Made by a program: the position numbers and the translations under genes. This document shows positions 27,515-34,720 of a DNA stretch of 64,000 nucleotides, in pieces. The stretch spans positions 19,816 to 83,815 of the forward strand of contig JACQGC010000004.1 in NCBI GenBank assembly GCA_016199805.1. Reading direction: 5' to 3'. Under the pieces are notes generated by a model. The model was not told the DNA's origin and searched no databases. It saw only the letters and a program-made list of their open reading frames with translations. Position 1 is the first letter of the stretch. The number at the start of each line of letters is the position of its first letter. This stretch comes from Candidatus Nomurabacteria bacterium (GTDB lineage Bacteria; Patescibacteriota; Minisyncoccia; Phycocordibacterales; UBA9973).

Positions 27515-27632
27515 AGCACCAAGAGGGCTGAACTCTATAATCAGCTGGGAACGGAATCTCCGCTCTCAAAACCCATATCTAAAGTCGTTAAGATTTTCTT
27601 TCTAGAAAAACCCTGGCGGCTTTTTTAGTTTG

Positions 27633-27704
27633 TGCCCTCGGGAGGAATCGAACCTCCATCAAAGCCTTAGAAGAGCTTCGTTTTATCCATTAAACTACGA
27701 GGGC
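27633..27704 (-). tRNA. tRNA-Arg(TCT)
   Basis: anticodon arm AAGCT-CTTCTAA-GGCTT; GGTTCGATTCC T-arm. Confidence 0.9.
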
Positions 27705-28161
27705 AAAATGAGCGCATGTGCACATTCTGTCCCTAGATTGGAACACCATACAGAATATAGTTGTAAGGTGGAATCAAGTTCTAGGGGGATTAACTAACAA
27801 GTATAGTATGGCTTAAATAGGCTTATTCTGCAAGTGTTTTATTTCGCTTTGATATATAAAATTATTACCTTAATGGTAGTAGAGTAGTTAGAGCACCCCC
27901 CCCGACAAGGTTAAGTTTAGTGATTTTGCAAACACGATGATAACATAGCTTAAAATGCAAAACGTTGATAAATATGAGTGTTCATAAAAATTGATGTTAT
28001 CATTTGTTATTCTTTTTATGGTTATATAATTTAAGACTGAAGCACTTTCTAATTGATAACTATTGATAACATTCTTAGAAAAGAAAATTGCTTTATGGTG
28101 GGAAAATAAGAAACCGCCTGTAGAAGCTCGGCTTCTTACAAGCGGGATACACGCCCCCATT

Positions 28162-28353
28162 TTAGTTTCTTTCAACGATAATTCTTGTCTTGCTTGCCAG
28201 CTTGGCGATGTCGGAATCGTCTCCGAACAGGATGTCCAGAACAGGTTGCTCCACATCGGGGCAAGTTGTTGTCTTGCCAAGACAGCAAACGATGCTCTGC
28301 GTCACTCCTTCCAAGTCCAATCCTCTGGGGGCACTCACGATTCTTACGAGCAT
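28162..28353 (-). CDS. small hypothetical protein
   Basis: AAGGAG RBS before ATG 28353; GC-richer than flanks. Confidence 0.45.
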   Translation of the reverse strand: MLVRIVSAPRGLDLEGVTQSIVCCLGKTTTCPDVEQPVLDILFGDDSDIAKLASKTRIIVERN

Positions 28354-28469
28354 AGGAACTCCTTTCAGAAAACACACTAACACGATTATTTACTCTTGTC
28401 TAGGGCAACGCAATGTTTTATTTTTATAAAATAGCACTAGCAATAAAGGCAATAATCCCAACAAAAATC

Positions 28470-28673
28470 ATCAGCTTGAAGGAAAAACTTAGCAATAAGC
28501 AAGAACAGGTGGCTCTTTATAGCCTTTTCTTTGAGGAGTTCCCAACGTATGAAGAAATTGTTAGTGGAACACCGAAACTAACCTTAATTTTCAAGTTAAA
28601 TCAAGAAATTACTGACCAAAAATCTGATATAGTGCGCGATGTAGGACTCGAACCTACGACCTTGATGGTGTAA
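28470..28673 (+). pseudogene. possible C-terminal remnant of a site-specific recombinase reading into the tRNA-Val 3' end
   Basis: FEEFPTYEEIVSGTPKLTLIFKL...VRDVGLEPTT resembles tails of tRNA-adjacent CPR recombinases (from recall); no catalytic domain present. Confidence 0.4.
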
Positions 28674-28705
28674 ACATCCTGCTCTACCAACTGAGCTAAT
28701 CGCGC
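28633..28705 (-). tRNA. tRNA-Val(TAC)
   Basis: TAGCTCAGTTGGTAGAGC D-arm; anticodon loop TTTACAC. Confidence 0.93.
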
Positions 28706-28806
28706 GCAACAAACTTACATAATATATTGTACAGAAAAATGCCCTAAAATCAAGGTGTGGATAACTGGACTGGTAAGTTATTTATATAATATAGTATACT
28801 CTACTT

Positions 28807-29478
28807 ATGAAACTAGTCGAAAAGGAAGAAGCAAGAGCTCTGCGCAAAAAAGGATATTCCATGAATCAAATTGTGGAAAAAACAAGTTTTACAAAATCCA
28901 GTGTAAGTTTGTGGGTTCGAGACATTGTGCTAACGAAAGCACAAAAGAAAAAAATATCTAAAAGAGGAAGGAGTATGGCTTCTGTGGAAAAAAGAAGAAT
29001 TAATCGCCTTTTCAATGAAAATGAAAAAAGACAAATTATTATTGATAATGCAAAAAAAGATTTTACTAAAATTTCCTTGGATGAATTAAAGATCATTGGA
29101 ATCATTTTATATCTAGGCGAGGGTGGAAAAACTAGCCGGGGAATGGTTCGCCTAGCCAATAGTGACCCTGCTGTAATAAAAATCATGATGAGATTTTTTA
29201 GAGAAATTTGTGGAGTTTTAGATAATAAATTTCGGGCGAGTATCCATACTTTTGCGCATGCAGACATAGAAAAAACAGAAAAATATTGGTCAGAAATTTC
29301 TAGGATACCACGTAAACAATTCTTTAAAACATATATAAAACCAAGTTCCGCGAGCTTACAAAAAAGAAACACTTTACCGTTTGGAACTTTTGATATCTAT
29401 GTTTGTGACACAAAACTTTTTTTAACTATTATGGGCTGGATAGAAAAGATAAAAGAATTAACGATTAACGGTAGGTAA
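28807..29478 (+). CDS. HTH plus LAGLIDADG-like domain protein, tRNA-adjacent
   Basis: ARALRKKGYSMNQI...SKSSVSLW-type HTH; LYLGEG and LANSDP motifs. Confidence 0.65.
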   Translation: MKLVEKEEARALRKKGYSMNQIVEKTSFTKSSVSLWVRDIVLTKAQKKKISKRGRSMASVEKRRINRLFNENEKRQIIIDNAKKDFTKISLDELKIIGIILYLGEGGKTSRGMVRLANSDPAVIKIMMRFFREICGVLDNKFRASIHTFAHADIEKTEKYWSEISRIPRKQFFKTYIKPSSASLQKRNTLPFGTFDIYVCDTKLFLTIMGWIEKIKELTINGR

Positions 29479-29492
29479 TAATTTATAAAAAA

Positions 29493-29807
29493 CTACAGCG
29501 ATGGGTCAACGACTGGCGCGGGAGAACTCATAATTCGATTTGAATTTTCTTCTCTGATGGAAAAGAAGTTTAATACTTTATCAATGCGGTTCTTATCTAT
29601 CATCTTGCTTTGGCTGTTTCCTCCCCCGTTCGACAAGACAAACTCTTCGTTTATATGCGCAAAAAGATTGTAGCCAAAATAGAAAGCGAAAAGTATCATC
29701 ATAAATGTAATTCCAAGAAAAATTTTCCAATAAAAACCGGAGTCCAGTTTGAAATCTTTTTTCTTGAAACTATTTTCTCTTTTAAAAAATTTTATATTTA
29801 TATTCAT
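29493..29807 (-). CDS. hypothetical membrane protein in pil cluster (PilP position)
   Basis: single TM; follows pilMNO-like genes. Confidence 0.6.
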   Translation of the reverse strand: MNINIKFFKRENSFKKKDFKLDSGFYWKIFLGITFMMILFAFYFGYNLFAHINEEFVLSNGGGNSQSKMIDKNRIDKVLNFFSIREENSNRIMSSPAPVVDPSL

Positions 29808-29819
29808 TGTAGTGTAATT

Positions 29820-30326
29820 TTACGGTACAAAACTTAAAAGATTTATTTTAAAAGTCACCTCCCATTTTTTATCCACTTTTTGCATATCCATCGAAAGAAA
29901 ATCGAGTTCGTATGGAGAATTTTCCAAAAGTGTCAGAAATTTATAGACGGATTCAAAACTGCCGGAAGCTTTCATCCCCACCGAAAGGCCGGCGTTGCCG
30001 GGCAAAGCGTCGACTGAACTTATTTCCGTTGTTACCCCGACCTTTGGAGCCAGCTTTTCGAGCGTATCCAAAAACGGCACAACATCGGAACTTTTAGCAA
30101 AATGTGTCTCCAGCATTCCCAAATCCGGAGCAATTTTTTGAAGTGAGCTGTTTAGAGATGTCGTTTCGTTACGCCTAGCCGCCTCTTCGCCCCACTTTGT
30201 CATGCCTTCCTGCGCCACTTGATTATTGTTGTTTATTTTTTTATATAAAAAGACAAAAACCACAGAAAGAACGACAAAAAGCAGTGCAGAGAAAATCAAT
30301 TGTGTTTTTGGGAAATTGTTTTTCAT
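29820..30326 (-). CDS. pilO: type IV pilus assembly PilO-like protein
   Basis: TM, coiled coil, GSFESVYKFLTLLENSPY; operon position. Confidence 0.7.
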   Translation of the reverse strand: MKNNFPKTQLIFSALLFVVLSVVFVFLYKKINNNNQVAQEGMTKWGEEAARRNETTSLNSSLQKIAPDLGMLETHFAKSSDVVPFLDTLEKLAPKVGVTTEISSVDALPGNAGLSVGMKASGSFESVYKFLTLLENSPYELDFLSMDMQKVDKKWEVTFKINLLSFVP

Positions 30327-30871
30327 TAGGAAGGAATCAGCATCAGGTTAAATTTAATATCGGACCCTTTGATAAAGTTTGAAATAGGTAAATCGACACT
30401 TTTGAAGGCCATACTTTCTTCCAGAGACTGACGAAACAAAAGCAACACCTCGCGGGACGGCGCCGTGCCGGTGACACTGATTTGTTTGCCCTTGGTGGAA
30501 TCATTTTGGTAAGAAATTTCGGTAATTTTAATATTGGGCATTTTTCTCAAGACAACCGCGCTGACAACTTTCAGTGAAAGAGGAAATTTATTTTTTTCCG
30601 CGCTTTCTACCAAGCCAAGCTTTTTGTTCATGTCTTGTATAGTGGAGAGTGCCTGCTCTCCCAACAGGGGCAATGGCTCCTTCTTTTGGGTTTCAAGCTT
30701 CATATTAACTTCGGAATTTTTCGCGACTGAAAGAAAGTATGAAGGTAAAATTGAAACCAAAGCGACAAAAACAGAAAAACTTACCATGGCCAAAAACAAG
30801 ACCAGGAGCCGATAGTAAAAATCCATGGTCATTTTTTTCTTCTCTTCTTTTGGAATCAGGTTAATCATCAT
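30326..30871 (-). CDS. pilN: type IV pilus assembly PilN-like protein
   Basis: MINLIP N-terminal motif, TM, ISVTGTA. Confidence 0.8.
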   Translation of the reverse strand: MMINLIPKEEKKKMTMDFYYRLLVLFLAMVSFSVFVALVSILPSYFLSVAKNSEVNMKLETQKKEPLPLLGEQALSTIQDMNKKLGLVESAEKNKFPLSLKVVSAVVLRKMPNIKITEISYQNDSTKGKQISVTGTAPSREVLLLFRQSLEESMAFKSVDLPISNFIKGSDIKFNLMLIPS

Positions 30872-30884
30872 TATTTAGTATTAT

Positions 30885-31976
30885 TTAATTATTATAATCC
30901 ACCAAGGCCAGGCCGAGAGCGGTCGAAAACGAAAGCGCCTGTTTGAAGACCATTCCCGGAATGGAATTTTCCGTATTAGTGATATTTATCCAGACGTTGG
31001 CCATCTCGACTGGTGTCTTCATGCTGATGGAAATATAATCGGAGAGACCAATCAGGTTCGAATCGCCACCGCAAAGGATAATTTTTTTTATAAGCGGATT
31101 GCTTTTTCCTTCTTCGTCCCGATGCGTCTGCCAGTATATAAAATGTTTCGATATCTCGTCGCGCAGAACCGAAACACTGTTTAAAAGCACCGCGAAAATT
31201 TCTTTATTTTTTGCATTTCGTTCCAGCCCGTATTCCCGTTTCATTTTTTCCGCTTCTTCTAGGCTCACATTGAAACTTTTTTGAATTACGTTGTTCAAAA
31301 TTTCTCCACCCACATCGAGCGTGGAGGTAAACATGACAATACCGTTTGAGACAATGAAAATACCTGTGCGCTTTTTACCAAAATCGACAATCATGTATGT
31401 TTCCATGTCGCCGTCTTTGATGACCGCCCGCGAAATAGCTTGCGCTTCGAGCTCGAATGATTGAGCCGATATCTGGGCACGCTCGAAAATCAATAAATAG
31501 TTTTCGATTATATTTTTAGGAATGGCTGCCACTTGCACTTCCAAACTTTGCGCGTCTTCTTTTACCAAATCATAATCGAAAATCGCATCTTCCGCCTGAA
31601 TAGGAATATGTTCTTCTAGAGCAAGTTCAATTCCTTCTTTGACGTTCCGCAATCCCGCCCTTTCTAGTCGGAGCTGAAATAGATACACTTGTTCTTCCGG
31701 CAGGGAGACTCGGACAGAGTTTACGCCCTCTTCTTTCCGCAGACTTGTCAAAATTTCTTCCATTTTTCCCGGGTTTTTTATCTTACCGGATTCAATGACT
31801 CCGGGCGGAATAGGGCGTTCCCCGTACCGCCCCACCTGAAAACCATTTTTGGTCATAATCAATTCTAAAAATTTCAGAGATTCGTCGGAAATATCCAAAC
31901 CGAAGGAAGAAGCGGAAAGCATTTTGGGCACGGGAAAAAATTTAAAGAAGAATCTGTTGAATGAATTCTGAACCAT
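30885..31976 (-). CDS. pilM: type IV pilus assembly protein PilM
   Basis: GLDISDESLK, IVDFG and IILCGG actin-like motifs; start reassigned to ATG 31976. Confidence 0.9.
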   Translation of the reverse strand: MVQNSFNRFFFKFFPVPKMLSASSFGLDISDESLKFLELIMTKNGFQVGRYGERPIPPGVIESGKIKNPGKMEEILTSLRKEEGVNSVRVSLPEEQVYLFQLRLERAGLRNVKEGIELALEEHIPIQAEDAIFDYDLVKEDAQSLEVQVAAIPKNIIENYLLIFERAQISAQSFELEAQAISRAVIKDGDMETYMIVDFGKKRTGIFIVSNGIVMFTSTLDVGGEILNNVIQKSFNVSLEEAEKMKREYGLERNAKNKEIFAVLLNSVSVLRDEISKHFIYWQTHRDEEGKSNPLIKKIILCGGDSNLIGLSDYISISMKTPVEMANVWINITNTENSIPGMVFKQALSFSTALGLALVDYNN

Positions 31977-31992
31977 ACCGATATTGTATCTT

Positions 31993-32337
31993 TTATTTTG
32001 CCCGTGCGCCAGCCGGAATTTCATTATTTGGCTCAAGTAAAGAAAATTTACCGTCTTCTGTAGAAACGGCTAGTATCATCCCCTGGCTTTCAATTCCCCG
32101 AATCATCCTGGGTTCCAAATTGGCGACAAACATGCATTTTTTACCCACTAAAACGGAGCAATCGGGAAAATACAAAGAAATTCCGGAAACAATTGTTCGT
32201 GGAGTGGCTTCACCCAAATCAACCGAGAGTTTCAAAAGCTTGTCTGTCTCCGGAACTTTTTCCGCCGACAAAATCTTCCCCACGGCGATATCTATTTTTT
32301 TAAAATCTTCTAATGTAATCATAAATACATTATACAC
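31993..32337 (-). CDS. tRNA-binding OB-fold protein (MetRS C-terminal/CsaA-like)
   Basis: DKLLKLSVDLG, RTIVSGI, NLEPRMIRGIESQGMILA. Confidence 0.9.
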   Translation of the reverse strand: MYNVFMITLEDFKKIDIAVGKILSAEKVPETDKLLKLSVDLGEATPRTIVSGISLYFPDCSVLVGKKCMFVANLEPRMIRGIESQGMILAVSTEDGKFSLLEPNNEIPAGARAK

Positions 32338-32408
32338 CTCACCCCTTTCCCCTCTCCATTTTCTTAAAATGGAGAGGGGTGGCTCGCTTGCGAGACGGGG
32401 TGAGGTTA
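32337..32408. repeat. CCTCACCCC/CCCCTCTCC palindromic element
   Basis: CCCCTCTCCATTTT-ctt-AAAATGGAGAGGGG flanked by ACCTCACCCC/GGGGTGAGGT. Confidence 0.75.
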
Positions 32409-32843
32409 ATGGTTATTAATTTTATCAAGATAACGTTGCAATATCAAAGCCGCCGCGGAGGCGTCTATACGGCCGGACTTTATTTGCTTCACCCGGCTAT
32501 GCGAGTGGGAAGGACTCAAATCATTTTTGCTATTCCCTGCTTTGCGCGCTTCTACTGAAGTCAAAAATTCTTTTTGTTTATGAATGGGTAAATTGAATTT
32601 CTCCTGCAACTCCAAAATAAAAACTTCAATCCGTCCCGACAAAGCATTCAACTTCCCAGAAAAATCGATTGATTCCCCGATGACTATTTCTTTTATATTT
32701 TCTTTTTTGATTATCTCGGCAAACTTTTTAAGAACGTTTGCATCGTTCAAAACAATCTCCTTAGGAAAAGCCAAGGTGTGATTTTCGTCCGAAATAGCCA
32801 CCCCAATCCGCTTTGTGCCGTAATCAATGCCTAAAAATCTCAT
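32406..32843 (-). CDS. ruvX: YqgF/RuvX pre-16S rRNA nuclease
   Basis: LGIDYGTKRIGVAISD, E.LTS.EA and DASAAALILQRYL motifs. Confidence 0.93.
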   Translation of the reverse strand: MRFLGIDYGTKRIGVAISDENHTLAFPKEIVLNDANVLKKFAEIIKKENIKEIVIGESIDFSGKLNALSGRIEVFILELQEKFNLPIHKQKEFLTSVEARKAGNSKNDLSPSHSHSRVKQIKSGRIDASAAALILQRYLDKINNH

Positions 32844-32912
32844 AAATAAATACTAGCATAAATAAGCCTTTTCTGGTATATTTTAAAAGTTGAAAAAAGA
32901 ATAGCTCTTGAC

Positions 32913-32997
32913 GGAAACGTGGCGGAGTGGTCTAACGCACTTGTCTTGAAAACAAGAGTGCCGCAAGGCACCGTGAGTTCGAATCTCACCGTTTCCG
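32913..32997 (+). tRNA. tRNA-Ser(TGA)
   Basis: anticodon arm CTTGT-CTTGAAA-ACAAG; long variable arm. Confidence 0.93.
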
Positions 32998-33230
32998 CTT
33001 GTACAAAAACGAGCACAATTTTATTTGTGCCGTTTTTTTGTTTAGCGTAAACGAGCGAGCAAACTGCTTTGCTCGTGTGTGAGATGAGAAAGATTTTTCG
33101 TTGCAAAATGACTGAAAAGAATTTTGCCGAAAAGTACCCGCCGCAGTATCGGCGAATCTCACCACCTCCACCTGACACATAAAAGGAGAGCTGGTCAGGC
33201 TCCCCGATTTGTTTTGCGACCGCTCACGAT

Positions 33231-33431
33231 TCATTTATTTTTTTGTGCCCCACCCAAGCACTCATCACACGGGGGACCGAAGCGGCCCGGCCCCACACAA
33301 ATCAAGGAATTGTAGTAATCCGGATGCTTCTTCTGACACGCCCTGTCAGCGATTTGTCTTATTTGCTCTGACCTTAGGCGTTTTTTTACGATTTTTTTTG
33401 GCATATTTTGCCTCCACATACTATGGTACAC
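33231..33431 (-). CDS. small basic Cys-containing hypothetical protein
   Basis: 66-aa ORF with four Cys including CDEC; weak support. Confidence 0.35.
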   Translation of the reverse strand: MYHSMWRQNMPKKIVKKRLRSEQIRQIADRACQKKHPDYYNSLICVGPGRFGPPCDECLGGAQKNK

Positions 33432-33703
33432 TTTTATAAAAAAAATAAAACCCTGAGGATTTTAAAAAATTCGTTCCAACTTTACATCACCTCTTCCGCA
33501 AACGAATTTTATGCTAAAATATCTACGAGCTGCACAAAGTGTGGATTTTGATTGATGCGGGTCGAAAGACCTAAAAAGGCTGTGCTCCGGAGTATCGGAG
33601 GACAATCGGGGTAGCTAATCCCCAGGATAAAAGAGGGCTATGCGACCACTGCTATGCCCTCTCTCTTTTTATGCTTTGTTAAAAACTTTGATATAATAAA
33701 TTC

Positions 33704-34120
33704 ATGGATCAATTTAACCAACCACCTTCCAAAAAAGAGAAAATTAAAAAAACACAACAGGAAAAAGATGCTGATTGGCTAGAGAAGTTTCAAATAAAAA
33801 ACACACCGGGATATATAAAAATGGCAGACTGTCGTGAGTTTTCGGAAGAAGATACAAGTTCTTTTATGTCACTTATTAACGCATTTAAAACAAAGCATTC
33901 CCTGGAAGTTCTGTCGGCTACGACAGATGCTGATGAGGAAACTCAAAAAATCAGAATGGCGGCCAAGGAAGATCTAAATAAAATTTTTGCTTTACTTAAA
34001 AAATTGCAAAATGAAACCAAAATTAACCAACCACAATTTGAAGAATTAAATAAAGAATATAGAGAAATCTCTCAAGCCATAGGAATATTGAGTGATGAAA
34101 AGATTGATCACACTCGCTAA
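33704..34120 (+). CDS. hypothetical protein
   Basis: 138-aa ORF; TATAAT 6 nt before ATG. Confidence 0.7.
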   Translation: MDQFNQPPSKKEKIKKTQQEKDADWLEKFQIKNTPGYIKMADCREFSEEDTSSFMSLINAFKTKHSLEVLSATTDADEETQKIRMAAKEDLNKIFALLKKLQNETKINQPQFEELNKEYREISQAIGILSDEKIDHTR

Positions 34121-34164
34121 CTTTCTTTTTTGAATTGATAGCTTTTGTATTTAAATAGAGAAAT

Positions 34165-34608
34165 TTATTTTTTCAGCGCATGGATATCTTTCAGTATTTC
34201 CTCTCCATGATGCGCGGGGTCTACTTTATCATACGCTTTTTCTATCATTCCGTCGGGGCCGATGAGGTACGAGATTCTTTTATTAAAAAGAGTTCCATCT
34301 GCGCCGTACATTTTTATCACTTCTTTTTTCGGGTCGGATAGTAAAGTAAACGGCAACCGATATTTTTCCGCAAATTCTTTATGGCTTTCCACGGAATCGG
34401 CGCTGATGCCGAAAACTTTCACGCCATTGGTTTCAAAATCTTTATACATATCGCGGATGACGCAAGCCTCTTTGGTGCAGCCCGGTGTATCATCTTTTGG
34501 ATAAAAATAAACCAGCACATAATGCCCTCGCTCCCCCGAAAGAGAATACTCTTTACCATTTTGGTCCGGGAGTTTAAAATCCGGCGCTGGTGTTTTTATA
34601 TCTAACAT
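34165..34608 (-). CDS. bcp: peroxiredoxin Q/BCP
   Basis: YFYPKDDTPGCTKEAC motif. Confidence 0.95.
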   Translation of the reverse strand: MLDIKTPAPDFKLPDQNGKEYSLSGERGHYVLVYFYPKDDTPGCTKEACVIRDMYKDFETNGVKVFGISADSVESHKEFAEKYRLPFTLLSDPKKEVIKMYGADGTLFNKRISYLIGPDGMIEKAYDKVDPAHHGEEILKDIHALKK

Positions 34609-34657
34609 CTTTCTCTTTTATTTTTTACAACTGAAGAAATAGTTAATTTTTCCCCTC

Positions 34658-34696
34658 GCACAAAAAACACCCCGACCATCGGGGTGTTTTTTGTGC
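34658..34696. terminator. bidirectional intrinsic terminator
   Basis: GCACAAAAAACACCCCGA-cca-TCGGGGTGTTTTTTGTGC. Confidence 0.85.
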
Positions 34697-34720
34697 TAAT
34701 TATTTTCGACCTAAATAGTT

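Noticed and set aside
27633-27704. Possible CTA (amber suppressor/pyrrolysine) anticodon
   Set aside because: Correct stem registration gives loop CT-TCT-AA, i.e. Arg(TCT)
28866-29372. 168-aa minus-strand ORF
   Set aside because: Antisense to the HTH/LAGLIDADG-like gene; no motifs
32840-33234. ORFs 32840-33178 and 32986-33234
   Set aside because: Antisense to tRNA-Ser and its tail element; no protein features
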